A DNA stretch of 55,020 nt, counting the filler, from Circinaria calcarea (Eukaryota): assembly GCA_051942165.1 (NCBI GenBank). It is 5 parts of 5 records of this genome, joined end to end, with 100 filler letters (N's around TTAATTAATTAA, not from the genome) between each part and the next. Parts side by side here need not be neighbours in the genome. Positions count along the whole stretch, not along the records: positions 1 to 10,935 come from JAVECS010000739.1; positions 11,036 to 21,968 come from JAVECS010000740.1; 3 more parts are not named here. One strand, 5' to 3'. The notes below the pieces were generated by a model. That model was not told the DNA's origin and searched no databases. It saw nothing but the letters and a program-made list of their open reading frames with translations. The stretch's first letter is position 1. Each line of letters starts with the position of its first letter. Shown in pieces: positions 1 through 13,274 of the stretch. A program made the translations under genes and the position numbers.

Positions 1-330
1 ATATTATTTTATTTAAAGAAATACGATTATTATTTTTTAAATAAAAAAAATCCGTTTATTATATAAAATCTTTATTATAAATATTTATATATTTTAATTA
101 ATTATTTTATTTTATTAATTTTTAGTATTTTTTTATATTATTTTTATCTATTTTAAAAACCGGAAGTTAAACGATTTTATTAATTTAAAATAATCACGTG
201 GCTGAGTTCTTTTTTAATTCTGGTTTAGGCAGCACGAGGAGATGCGGGCATTAATTTAAACCTTGATTCTGGCCAATAGGTAGAGATAAAATATTATTTA
301 TATAGTAAATCATATAGGGATATCATTGCA
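1..330. repeat. AT-rich, probably RIP-degraded repeat edge
   Basis: First ~200 nt are almost only A/T with many TpA steps, at a contig end; typical of RIP-mutated transposon DNA. Family not identifiable. Confidence 0.55.
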
Positions 331-573
331 TCTCCAAATTCTATCTAATTTCATGGTGTTTGATAACGAGGCTTTCGCAGGGCATTCGTACACGGTTAAT
401 GGCTTGTAGTAGATGATGGAGGAGGCACGGCACGTCGCCCTGGAGGTCCTCGAAAGTCCTCTTCTTCTTCTTTTTGGGTGGCACGTCGTCCACACCAGGA
501 ACCTCTTGTTCGGCGATATTTCGGGTCACAGCAGCAGTAATTGCACAGTAGGATGCAGCCAATCAATGCTCGC

Positions 574-649
574 AAGGCAATGCGATAGGCAGCACCAAGG
601 CAATGCGATAGGTAGCACGAAGGCAATGCGATAGGCAGCACGAAAGCAA
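574..649 (+). repeat. 23-bp tandem repeat, 3 copies plus partial
   Basis: AAGGCAATGCGATAGG(C/T)AGCAC(C/G) at 574-596, 597-619, 620-642, partial 643-649; a diverged similar unit at ~226-247. Confidence 0.9.
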
Positions 650-968
650 ACGTATGAATGGCTTCAATCATTGAGGAATAATAGCAAACATCCTACTGCG
701 GGTGCGACACTAAGGTAAACCCCCCCCCTTACTAGTATGCGTGCACGGTTCGTGCTGCCTGAGCCAGAACGAACTCAAGGGATGAACTCGGGCCGGTGGT
801 GTACCGAACCCATATGCTAAAAATCTACTCCGTGGGGTAAAAAGGCTTATTAATTCCTCGCAGATTTTTAATCCAAAAAAACGCATCTCCGAATAATAAG
901 CTTTTATAAAAATAATAAATAATATTTAGGTAAGAAATTGAAGGTAGAAAATTTGTGTTGTGACTTTC

Positions 969-1214
969 TGTTATGGCGTTAGGCCATACCCATGTAGGAC
1001 CTAGCTCCGGCACGGTCTTGGCATGGAAAGGCTTGAGCATGGCGATTATGCTCAAGGTGCTCAAGGTGCTCAAGGAAGAGAAGGCTTGAGCATGCTGAGC
1101 AAACCACACTATATAGGAAGGCTGATTCCCGTATGGAATCAGCATGCTTATCTCAACAGCGAAGTGCAATACAACCTATTAGCCTTCCGTATTGGTATTA
1201 CTTCTAGAGTGACA
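969..1214 (+). mobile_element. Putative solo LTR (246 bp)
   Basis: TGTTA...TGACA ends; TGCTCAAGG x3 (1049-1075); TATATAG at 1110-1116 followed by a perfect 9-bp hairpin (1121-1143); flanks CTTTC/CTATT match only 3/5. Confidence 0.45.
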
Positions 1215-1424
1215 CTATTCCCGCGCTAGCCCTATTCTACGCTAGTCATACCCTTACACTTTCTTGAAGTTGCGATATTCTAGTCTAAACTAGATTAGGA
1301 TGACCTGTCTATCCCGTGCAGGGTATTATCCCACGCCTGCCTAAAATCTAGCTGAAAGCCCCAAATATTTTATTTGCCGTTTCTACGAAGCTTACTGTAT
1401 TTCTGTGATCCATCTGTAGCCATC

Positions 1425-4400
1425 ATGTCTCCCGTCTCCAGGTCCATTATTTTCTTTGCGGATGGAGCTGAAGACGTTCAGACAGCTCTTTCACGTATTC
1501 TGCTCACGCAAAAAGAGAACTCCCTTTTATGGCAATTCCTTGTCCGAGTTCAATCGGCGCTTCAAGACGAATATGGATGCCTTCCTCATGTCGACCGTAA
1601 AGGGCTTCCGAATTTCCAAAATCTCTATCAGCTTGTGAGACAGCCAAATGAAGAGACTCCTCATCCGGCTCTACACCCTACCGAATTGGTTTTGGTGCAG
1701 CTAGCCCATTTCATCGCGTAAGAGACATGTCCTCCAGAATTATGGAAACAACTCGAAGATTTGTCCAGCCTAATTTCCTCACAGGGCCTACGAAGAGCGG
1801 CCTCACGAGCCATATCCTGATCCCAATCATAATCTTGTCGTCGGTATATGTATCGGCGAGCTCTCGGCAGCTGCAGTCAGTTTAGCCAAGAGTCTTTCGG
1901 AGCTCTTACCGCTGGCCGTAGAGGTAGTACGGATAGCCTTTAGAGCCGGAATTGCTGCTAGCGTACTTGGGAACGAGTTAGAGCAACGAACGACTCCGGG
2001 AAAGAGCTGGTCATTCACGATCTCGCGAGACAGTGGGTTGGCGAAAACTGATGTGCTAGAGTCCATCCGGCTCCAAACAGTAAGCAGCTGATGGAATTGA
2101 CAACTGTTGCCTTTTGAACATCTGGAGCATTCCCAACGTGCCGTCTCCGCCATAATAACAGGCGCTAAGTTGCGAACAGGGGATTATGAAACGCAATCGT
2201 CCATACATCACCTCGGTGAGCCGAAAGCTAGTCACTATTGGAGGACCGCCAGCAAGTTTACAAAAATTGCTCGACTATCTTAACAATGAGTCCAATGAAG
2301 GCTCGAAAAGCTCTCCACACCACGTCAATATCCACGCGCCATATCATGCCCAACATTTGTACTCTCATGAGAGTATTCGGGAAGTCCTCGATGGCCCTCC
2401 ATCGCTGTTGCAGATCTTTCACCAAAAGACGTTACCTGATCAGATGCGGACATGTATCGGAGGAGTTAGCGGGAAATTTTACTCGGTATCGAGCAGACGT
2501 GATCTGCTGGAAAAGGTTCTTTATGATGTTCTCGCACAGCCTATATTATGGGAGAATGTTGTTGATGGATGCAAGTCCTATGTTGATGGGTCGCACATCT
2601 CAAGCTGGGTTATTCGTCCTTTTGGACAAACGTCCACTGCAAAGAATCTCGCGTCAACTCTTAAGAAAACGACAAGCACAGGAATCGAAATCATCTTTGA
2701 TGCCTCATTCGGAACAAATGATAGTCAGATGTTTTCAGGGACAAAGAGTCCGATTGCCATCGTAGGGATGGCTGGTAGGTTTCCAAATGCTGATAGCATA
2801 GAAAAGCTCTGGGAAGTCCTTGAGAAGGGTCTAGATTGCTATAGAGAGGTAAGAGTGCTTGTGAGATGAAGTTGAAAAGGCTATAACTCGTACTAGATAC
2901 CTCTTGACCGCTTCGACGCTGGAACTCACCTGTCCCGGTCAGCGTATGGATGCTTTCTCGACAAACCAGGAATGTTTGATGCCCGATTCTTCAACATGTC
3001 TCCTCGTGAGGCTCTGCAAACAGATCCGGGCCAACGACTCGCTCTTGTTACTGCGTACGAAGCACTTGAAATGTCCGGTTTTGTACCGAACCGCACACCT
3101 TCAACCCAACTTGACCGAGTTGGCACGTTCTATGGACAAGTCTCTGACGAATATAAGGAACAGAATATGGCTCAGGATATTGATACTTATTTCATACCAG
3201 GCAGTATGCGTGCATTTGGTCCTGTAAGTAGATATATTTCATCGAGTTCCGATTCCCTAAACTGTTTCGTTGTCTTCAACTCGCCAATACTTCCATTCTA
3301 GGGTCGCATCAACCATTTCTTCAAGTTTGGTGGCCCAGCTTTCAGCCTTGACACAGCGTGCTCCTCAAGCTCAGTCGCGTTGCATGTAGCATGCAATTCG
3401 ATTTGGAGTAAAGACTGCGATACAGCGGTCGTAGGTGGCATGAATATTGCGTGCAGTTCAGATAACTACCTTGGCTTAAGCGCTGGCCATTTTCTATCAG
3501 ACACTGGTGGCTGCAAAACATTCGATGACGGCGCAGATGGTTATTGTCGAGGTGAAGCTGTTGCGTCCGTGGTCATCAAACGTCTTGATGCTGCACAAGC
3601 CGACAATGATAATATACTCGGTGTTATCTTATCAACGGCGACCAATTACTCCGCCGGATCCGTGTCAATCACTCGGCCCCTTGGTTCTGCGCAGGAAACT
3701 CTGTACCGAAAAGTCTTGAATAAAGCCGGCGTTCGTCCCTTTGATATCGACTATATAGAAGCTCATGGCACAGGAACCCAAGCGGGAGATAACTGTGAGA
3801 TGACCTCTATCTCCAACGTTTTTGCCCCAGAAACTCCCTGCCGACCCAAAGAAAATCCATTGTATGTGGGCGCTGTCAAAGCAAATATCGGGCATTCAGA
3901 GTCAGCATCTGGAGTGACCGCACTAATAAAGAGTCTTCTTGTGCTGCGTGAGACGAAGGTGCCTCCGCATGTTGGTGTTAAGAATGCCATCAACCATACC
4001 TTCCCTGATCTAGACAAGCGAAACCTTCGCATTCCCTTCGTTACGACAGATTTGCCCCCGCCTCTTTCTCGGACTGGGAAAAGGCGAGCCCTAGTTAACA
4101 ACTTTAGCGCTGCTGGAGGGAACACTGCATTGGTACTCGAGAGTTATCCAGATCGGCTCAAAACAAACAGTAACGTTGATCCGCGGCCTAGTCACATCAT
4201 CAGTGTCACGGGAAAGTCAATAAGTGGGCTTCGTAAGAACGCTCAGAATTTAATGGCTTACCTTGAGAAAGAACCTGAGGCCATTCTATCGGACCTCTCC
4301 TACACTACAACTTCTCGTCGCATACAACATTCTCTACGGACCTCCATTGTCGCTACATCAACCCAAGAATTGAGAGATAGTCTCGCTTCCTTTGCATCAA

Positions 4401-7400
4401 GTGAGGATTTCAAGCCGCCCGAGAAGGCATCTTCCGTTGGTTTTGTATTCACCGGCCAGGGATCACTATACTCATCGCTGGGTAAAGAGCTGTTCGAGAC
4501 ATCCAGCCAGTTTCGATCTGATTTGATTCGTTTTGACCATATTTCACAAAGTCACGGCTATCCATCATTTCTTACCCTCATTGACGGAACCACCCATGAC
4601 CTCGGCGGATTGACGCCTGCACAGACGCAACTCGGCATTGTTGCTGTTCAGATGGGACTCTGTCGTTTGTGGGCATCGTGGGGTGTCATCCCAGACCTTG
4701 TTGTCGGGCACAGTTTGGGTGAATACTCAGCTCTTTATGCGTGCGGAGTGCTAACTGTGAGCGATACCCTTTACCTTGTGGGCCGACGTGCTGTTCTTCT
4801 AGAGAGTACTTGTACAGCAAACACGCACGTTATGTTGAGCGTTCATGCCACAGTGGAATCCATAAAGTTCTGCCTCGGAGAAAGCTTGGCGAGCCTTGAG
4901 GTAGCATGCATCAACGGACCACAGGATACTGTTCTAAGTGGGCTCGTTGAAGTCGCGGAGAAAGTGGAACACAAGTTGAAGTCCCGGGGCTTCACTTGTA
5001 AAATACTAAGTGTACCATTTGCTTTCCACGCGTCTCAGATGGACCCAATTGTCGAGGCGTTCGAGAAGGCTGCTCGATCTGTCAACTTCATGAAACCGGG
5101 GATTCCTCTTATTTCACCGCTTCGTGGGTGCATCGTGAAAGATGCGGGTATAATTGATCCTATTTATCTACGACAGCATCTTCGTCAACGAGTTGATTTC
5201 TGCGGAGCACTTCAGCAGTGCGAATTAGAAGGGCTCATCAACGCAGCGACTGTATGGCTTGAGCTTGGACCTCACCCTTTGTGTTTGGCCATGATCACTG
5301 CTACTTTAGGGACTCATGTGCGAGGAACACCAGCTCTTAGAAGGGAAGAAAATGCCTGGACGACAGCCTGCAAATCCATATCCTTCTTCCACACCTTGGG
5401 CCATAACATTCTTTGGCGAGAGTACCATCGTGACTTTGAAAGCGGGCAGCAACTCTTGAATCTTCCTACTCATGCTTTTGACGAGAAGAATTACTGGATC
5501 GAATATAGGAATAATTGGCTCTTAAATAAGAAAGAAGTGTCTGCTTCTAATCACGTTATTAAAGCGGAGCCGAAGACTACTACAGTACAAAAACTCATAT
5601 CCGAGGAATTAATCGATGACATACTGTCGCTTGTCTTTGAAACAGATCTAGCAGACCCAGTAATACATGCTGTTATAATCGGACATCTAGTCAACGGATG
5701 TGGTTTTTGTCCCGCAGTAAGTAAATAAATCTTTTGTACAGAATTGAATTCGAACTGACTTTTTATTAATAGTCCGTGTACGCCGATATCGCTCTTACGG
5801 TTGCTGACTTCGTTCGGACGAATCATAAAATCCAAGTTTCGACCACAGGCATAAATGTTGTCGGAATGGAGATTCAGCAGCCGATCGTCGTGCCCATGAT
5901 ACGGCCTGAAAAATCCATGGTTCTCCGCATATCTGCCCTTGCCGATCTGCAAAAAGGAAATATCGAGTTGGAGTACAAACTTCACTCACAGGATTCAATT
6001 CTGAAGACGCAGAATGCTATGTGCTCAATATTATATGGGGATGCGAATATGTGGCTTGGCAAGTGGTCTAGAACGGCATACTTGGTGCAGAAAAGGATCA
6101 GAGATCTCGAGAATGGCCTAGTTTCGGGTACTACAAACAGAATCTTACGAGGGATGGCATATAAGCTGTTCTCGAACTTGGTACAATACGACCGTAAGTA
6201 CCAGGGCATGCACGAGGTGCTGCTGGATAGTGAAGATCTTGAATCTGTGGCATCACTCAAGCTATATGCAGAAAATGACGCAGGCATTTTCTTCTGCAGT
6301 CCATACTGGATCGACAGCCTTGTGCACTTGGCTGGTTTCATCATGAACGCTAGTGATGCTGTGGACTCACGAAACGCAGTTTACATATCTTATGGATGGG
6401 GTACGATGCGAATTGCCGAGACGATAGATCCTAAGAAACCATATCACGTCCATGTCAAGATGCAGCCCTTTGGCAAAACTATGTTTGCCGGCGATGCAAC
6501 AATCTTCCAAGGACAGAATATGATTGGATTGGTCGAGGACTTGAAGTTTCAACAAGTCCCTCGATCTTTGCTCAACACACTCTTACCTGCTCCAAGTCTG
6601 TCACATAGACAACCCAAGGCCCAGGATACGGTGAAAGTACCAAAGCCTCAAACCGCACCAAGTGTGCAGAAGACCCCATCTACACCGACACTTGTCCACA
6701 GTCAACTTGTTCTTGCTCGGACCAACACAACAAGCTATGTCCTCAATATAATCGCCGAAGAAATAGGCATCTCACCAAATGAGCTATTGGATGACACCGA
6801 TCTGTCTGAATTCGGAATGGATTCTTTAACGTTATTGATAATACTCTCCAGGCTCCGTGAAATGCTTCAGATGGATCTACCAATAATGTTGTTTCAAGAC
6901 TACCCAACTGTAGGAAGTTTATGTCAATATTTTCAGAAGCTCAAAGCTGGTGAAAGTGATTTAATAATGTCGACAGCATTGGCAACACCAACATCGGAAA
7001 ACAGAGCTCTAATGGGGCTTAGTATGAAACCTCAAGTGGGCGAGGACCTTATGCGCTCAGTTCTTCGCTCGACTATCGCTGAACAGATCGGTGTTGAAGT
7101 GGAGGAGCTCTTGGCTGCAGAAGATCTTTCTACTCTTGGCGTAGATTCGTTATTAAGTCTCAGCATTATCGACGCACTTCGCGATAGACTCGAGATTACT
7201 ATTCCGCAGAGTGCCATTACCGGAGAATTTTCTATGACCGGAATTGAGAAAGCGCTTAACCTTTCATCGGAAGCAATAGTAAAATCAAAGCCCCCGATCA
7301 ATCCCGTGTCTTCGAAAACCAGGCCAGCACCTACAAATAGGCTAGGGATCTCCTCTATACTTCAAGGCAGCTTAAAGACATCCGCGAAAAACATTTTTAT

Positions 7401-8204
7401 GTTCCCTGACGGGAGTGGGTCGGCAACCTCGTACGCCGGACTTCCTGAAATTTCGCCAAATATCTGCCTCATTGGTCTTAGCAGCCCATATCTGAGAGCC
7501 GGGCGGGACATTGAGTTTAGTATCGAAGAAATCACAGAATTCTGGCTTACCGAAATCCGGTCAAGACAATCCTGGGGTCCTTATATTCTAGCCGGATGGT
7601 CGGCTGGAGGCTACTACGCTTTCGAAGCCACCAAAAGACTTCTACAGGAAAGCGAGGAAGTCGAAAAGCTGATCCTGATTGATTCCCCGCCTCGAAACGT
7701 CTACGGCTCAATGCCTCCAGATGTTCTCGAATTTGTGTCGCAGAACAGCGTCATGGGTAGTGGAGGCGATGTACCACAGTGGCTCCTGGAACACTTCGAT
7801 ATCACGCTCAAAGCTGTTACGAGATATTCCGTTTCACCAATTGACAGATCATGTCTGCCGAAGGTCTATATCATCTGGGCCTCCGAGGGTGTGATGGAAG
7901 ACTCTCCTGCTGTGGACGCAGCGCTAAACCTTAGTATCCCTGTTACCCAGTTCTTGCTCAAGATGAAGCCCAATTTTGGACCGTTAGGCTGGGAAAAGTT
8001 GTTGCATGGAGCAGATATAATGATTGCGAAGACGCCTGGCAACCATTTTAGTATTGTTCATCCACCGAATGTAAGTCTTTGCTACCTATATTACTTCTGG
8101 CTTTTTTTTCACTGATCCGTTCTTTACAGGCGCAAATTTTGAGTCGCTTAATTGCGGAAGCCGTTGGTCTTAGTCCATTGCAAAAGTTTACGCTTTGGGA
8201 ATAA
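1425..8204 (+). CDS. Non-reducing iterative type I polyketide synthase, SAT-KS-AT-PT-ACP-ACP-TE, ~2123 aa
   Basis: Seven exons join in frame: 1425-1717, 1785-2079, 2180-2848, 2897-3223, 3302-5716, 5773-8070, 8130-8204. Motifs: SAT GICIG; KS DTACSSS, HGTGT, NIGHSE; AT GHSLGEY; PT GHLVNG and WIDSLVH; ACPs GMDSL and GVDSL; TE GWSAGG and GNHF. Confidence 0.97.
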
Positions 8205-9317
8205 GTTCATTCTACAATCTAAGAAGCTCGGAGATTGAAGTCGATTTGGATGCGTTAAAGGGCCTAATATAGGTGCTGTTAGAGCTGGTTTCCAGTAGCA
8301 ATAATGACAGATCAGCATCTACTCATACAGGGAATCAAATTGGTTAAAAGCCACTTGAAGAGAAGATCTCTATATGGACTCAAGAATATGGAGGCAAGTT
8401 GAACGCCGTATTGAGAGGTTCGGATGCTGCTTTCGATCAAGCCATAAACAGGTTCTTGGATCAGTTAGAAGACCATTTAAAAGCATGTATGACCAAGCTA
8501 TACAGTTTAGAGCAGACTACAAAAAGAAACGAGGAGATTAAGCGCCAGCTCTCCAAAGATATGGCGGGTCCTAAAGGATAGAAAAGGTTAAAAGGCTTTA
8601 GAATTTTCATGGCTTCTAGAATAGGAATCCAGCAGATCCAGATCTATATGTTTTCCCTTGAACAGCGTGGGAGCATTAATGATATTAGAACTAAGCGAGC
8701 CCGTATTGGAGGCGCTCTTGCTCTGCGCAACCATTCCCCTGTTTTACGCGCTATCACCTCTTGCTCCACTTGTCGACGTTCACCTTGGCCACGGCTCTCT
8801 ACGTGCCCACGCAGCCTACGTTCATCTTCATAGACTAGAGCTATCCTTGAATTTGCCACAGCTGCGCAGACATATCGGAAGACGTCGAGGAGGATCGCTG
8901 TTGTACAAGGTAGGTAGACAAAGACAGTGGCTTGGGCGTTGGAAATAACCACAATTGTGATTTACGGGACCGCCACGCCAAGGAACCAAAGTCTCTTTAT
9001 TATCAACAGCCCCTCTTTCTGAAAACGTTTGTGTCTGTGTCTGGAATTTTGATTGTCCTGATTCTCTTCAATATCATCAATTTTACACCGAAGATTGCCA
9101 AGCCTGGGAAAGGGGTATGTCGCATCTGTGTAATGGGTATTCTCCCGGACCTACTATTCCTCCGGGGCCCCAGGGGCATCTCCAAACCAGCTGCTGCCTT
9201 GACCCAGCCACCTCCTGTTCACATTCGCGGAAATCGCCTACACAGATTAATATCGCCATGCCGAAGCCCTTGCCATCAAACTGATGGTAACTAGCTAGAG
9301 GTCTTAAGTATATTTCT

Positions 9318-10744
9318 CTATGACTGGAGGCTGGCCCTCAGCTCTTGAATTATATTTCCCGAATGCATCATCATTTTTTGGACGTGGTCGATAGTATCTA
9401 GACTTGGCCTGTCGCTTGGAATTAAATCGTTAGAGCCAGGCATATATGTAGAGGCCGTAAAAGTCGTTGTTCTCTTCTTCGCCTGCTCAGCCTTCTCCAT
9501 CAGGCAACATAGTAACGTGTTAATCTTATCCACGGTACGTAAGACCAAGAGATTTGTCACCAGGGCACTTTCTTCTCCACTGATCTCATACACGCCAATC
9601 GTCGATCGCACATTGCTACCTCCTTTGCTCGTCTCCTGCTGCCTGCTCTCCTCCCCGCTCTTGGAACATAACCTCTGTAGAATCTGAAGGACGGTACGGA
9701 CATTCATAACCGACAAGTTCAGAACTTCGGACACATTACGGATTTCGTCCTGCTGACAAACCTGGCACTCGAGAAAATCCTTCCAGACCGCGAGGGCGCG
9801 CTGCGCACTAACAAGCGCCATGTCGATCTGCAACGAGCACTTTTGGGAGTTTAGGGACTTGAGGCGGCACAAGAGAGCTGCCTGATGTTCCAGACAGGCA
9901 CAGATGGACAACGCTGATGTTGGCCTTGATGGGGAGAAATCCATGCTGTTCGTGTGGTCCGGGATCTGGGGAAAATCTGATTTGACAATGACATTGAATA
10001 CGTCGAGATCGTTGTCTGCACTTCCATCCTCGCTTATGCTTTTGGGAGGAGATACGCCCGATGAAACGCTGTAGGTGTGCCGAGCAAAACTTCCGTCGGT
10101 GGAGGTCCTGGTTGAATGGCAACCCGAAGGCCACGGTTCTTTTAGTTCTAAAACATCGAATTGATCCTGTGTAGAAATCATACGTCAGAGACCTTCAGAT
10201 TGAGTGTAAGATCGTTATGCTAAGAGAGAGGACGATGTACCCTGAACTGTAGCATCCCCACTTGTCCAACAGAGCCATTCTGGTCTCCAAAGGTACCAGG
10301 AGGGGGCCAAAGACCTTCCACTGTCGTCGGAGTGGATAATGGCTCAGAGTAATCGGGGTTTGTTGATTGTGGAGATGAGATGTCTGTAGTACATTGATCG
10401 GTATTGTGATCCTGTTCGCGAATGGCCGAGAAAAGTTCCAAGCCAACCGGCTCTTACCACTGGTTTTCCCGGCCCCATGGCCGAACGTGGTCTTGCTGAC
10501 CACCATTGGATTCCTTGTTTGCTTGATATCGACTGATACGGCCCAGAGTAGCTCTATTCCTCGTCCCCTTTGGTCTACCAATCCGGTTCGAGGCACTGGA
10601 CGAGCATTCAATTCCTAAACTCTGGCAGCCATTACAAGGCTTCCCCCCCGAGCATTTGACCTTCGTCTCATGACACAAATCACACGCGGATCGAAGTTTC
10701 TTGCGAGGACGCGCGCTTGCCTCGTTACTGCTGGATGGAAACAT
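9318..10744 (-). CDS. AflR-like Zn(II)2Cys6 pathway regulator, possibly pseudogenised by an in-frame TAA at 10454-10456
   Basis: N-terminal CDLCHETKVKCSGGKPCNGCQSLGIEC followed by RIGRPK; C-terminal region with CAC, LECQVC and IGVYEISGEE resembles AflR-type regulators; one clear intron (GTACAT...CTGAC...ACAG) joins MLQFR to DQFDV. Confidence 0.85.
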
Positions 10745-10935
10745 ATTCCGTACTGGCTATGTGTTTACTTTGTTGGGAAGGTAATGTGATGGAAAGAGGA
10801 TGTCTGATGATGGACAGCAATGTAGGCATCAACTGCGACCAATGTTGGAGAAAGGCGAGACTACTTGATCAGCACAATCCTACGGGTCGGTATGTCAGGC
10901 TGATGGTTGCGCCACGGCTGGGCACAGCATGGTCT

Positions 10936-11035
10936 NNNNNNNNNNNNNNNNNNNNNNNNNNNNNNNNNNNNNNNNNNNNTTAATTAATTAANNNNNNNNN
11001 NNNNNNNNNNNNNNNNNNNNNNNNNNNNNNNNNNN
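10936..11035. other. Artificial contig linker
   Basis: N44-TTAATTAATTAA-N44; the core has stops in all six frames. Confidence 0.98.
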
Positions 11036-12510
11036 AAGTGGAGAAGTTTGCGGTTTTCATTGATGGTTTGGCAACAGATATTGCTACCGAAGGCCCCTAT
11101 GATTTGACACATGTCATTGACTTTGGTTCAGGTCAGAATTACCTTGGTCGAGTATTAGCAAGCCAACCGTATGAGAAGCAAGTAATCGCTGTCGAAAGCA
11201 AGCAACTTAACATCGAAGGAGCGAAGAGTATGGATATCAATGCCAGGCTGGCGAAAAAGGAGATCATCCGCAGAAACAAGAAAGCCTTCCGCATGGGGAC
11301 AACATCTGTACTGGAGCCAAACAAGCCCGTGGTCAAAACTTCCTTACCAGAAGAAACAGCCTTAGACCTGCAAGCAGAGAACGCATCCACCCTTGCTGAG
11401 AAATCACAGGATGCTTTAGATAACGATCAAGGTATAGTCAGGCAGGAGGCCAAAATTCAATACATTGAGCACACAATCAAAGATGGAGATCTCACAAGCG
11501 TGATTGACCAGCTTCGTCCAAGTTTGAAGGTACGCAAACAGAGTGTCAACGCTTCAGAGAGTCGTCCTTGCAGCGCAACACGGAAAGAAAGAAACATCTC
11601 CGAGCCTAAATCACAAGATGCAGCAGTGGAAAAGCCAACATTGTACCAGTCGTTGAACCGAGATATATCAGATAACCACTTTATGGTTGTGTCGCTGCAT
11701 TCCTGCGGGAATCTTGTTCATCATGGACTTCGCTCACTAGTCCTAAATCAATCGGTACGTGCTGTCGCCATGGTAGGTTGCTGTTATAACCTCGTTACGG
11801 AACGCCTCGGGCCCCCTACCTATAAGATACCAACTCTCCGGGCCCCAAACGCGCGTGTTGAGCAGAGTTCTTCGGCGTGTGATCCACATGGCTTCCCAAT
11901 GTCGGAGCGTATGGCTACCTATACACATGAAGGCGGGGAAGGAATAAGACTGAACATCACAGCTCGTATGATGGCGGTCCAAGCGCCACAGAACTGGACT
12001 GTGGTCACCTGTGAATCTTTCTTTACCCGTCACTTCTATCGGGCCTTGCTCCAACGTATCTTCCTCGATCGTGGCATTGTGAAGAGGCCCACAGCAGTAG
12101 CGGAAGTGGGAGGTGGCGGTATTGCAAGAGCATGGAGCGGTACCGGCCAGCCGATTACTATTGGGTCGTTGAGAAAAGCTTGCTATGACTCCTTTATTGC
12201 ATACGTCCGAGGAGCAGTAGCGAAGATTGGCGTCAACGAGGAGCAGGGCACATTGATAAGAGAAAGCATGGACAGTCTGACTGATGAGGAAATCATGTTA
12301 TATGAGAAGATGTACGAAAGTAAAAAGAAGGAGCTCAGCATCATATGGAGCTTGATGGCCTTCAGTGCTGGTGTCGTCGAATCGGTTGTTGTCGTCGACA
12401 GATGGCTTTACCTCAAAGAGCAAAAGATCGTGAAGGATTGTTGGGTACAAACCGTCTTTAATTACGCGCAAAGTCCGCGAAATCTTGTGGTCGTTGGCGT
12501 AAAGAGGTGA
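11036..12510 (+). CDS. SAM-dependent methyltransferase, METTL25/RRNAD1-like, 5' truncated
   Basis: Motif I VIDFGSGQNYL, SLHSCGNL, VGCCYN and C-terminal SPRNLVVVG; ORF open to the contig start. Confidence 0.85.
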
Positions 12511-13274
12511 GAGTCCAAGTTCTGTATTGGGATTTCGGCGGAGGAGTACAGTACTTTCGGATACACAGTCAGAATTGGGTATGAGGAAGATAGGGGGTAG
12601 TGAAGCTGGACGAGGGCAAGGCAATACTAACGACTGTTGCAAGGGAAGATCTTTACATGTAGCCTATGGGTAAGGGACATTTGCTTTTCAGACTTGGCTA
12701 GGAGTCAGATTCATATTCTGGGTAGAGCTGAGGGACTTGATAGATTCCAATTCTACTAAAGAGACGCAAGGTTCTGAAATGTATATACATAAGATGCCAA
12801 AAATGCAGGCTTGCTGATTACAGAATATAATGCTGTCGTGGTGGTATATATGAAGGCAGGTGTCACTTCTCAGAGTAAGCTTCCAAACACCTAGGGATAT
12901 CGGAGACATCCTTGCGTGTTAGGCAAGGTATCACATAGTGAATATCGGGGTGCATGTTGAATTTGCTGCCTGTGGGAAGATGTGTTAGACCATGAGTCAT
13001 TTTGTGACTATATAAACCTTGGCTTCTTCTCTGCAGACTCTCATTAACCAATTTGCCGAATTATTTTTCCAGCTACTGGTTTCCTTTACCAGTTCAGTCT
13101 CTATTGAAAATTGGCATACTCTGCTCTACATCGAAGCCTACCATAATTTTTAGCAGGGTCGACTCCAGAAAATTTTCGAAGAGACCCAACAAGACGACGG
13201 TTGAAACTCCTTCCCCAAGTCCTTCGACGTCCAATCCTCCGCCAGGCCCTTCCATCGCCAAACCTCAGCCTAAT

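Noticed and set aside
574..649. Repeat array as CRISPR
   Set aside because: Units are directly adjacent with no spacers, and the DNA is eukaryotic.
700..1424. AflR-type TCG-N5-CGA site upstream of the PKS
   Set aside because: None found by eye; the binding site of this regulator is unknown.
8290..9300. Short ORFs between PKS and regulator as tailoring genes
   Set aside because: No recognisable motifs; at most decayed fragments such as the helical 8399-8581 piece.
10980..10991. TTAATTAATTAA as a biological palindrome
   Set aside because: Identical in all four N-padded gaps; synthetic spacer.
11036..12510. Methyltransferase as part of the PKS cluster
   Set aside because: Different contig, and it resembles METTL25/RRNAD1 rather than a small-molecule O-methyltransferase.
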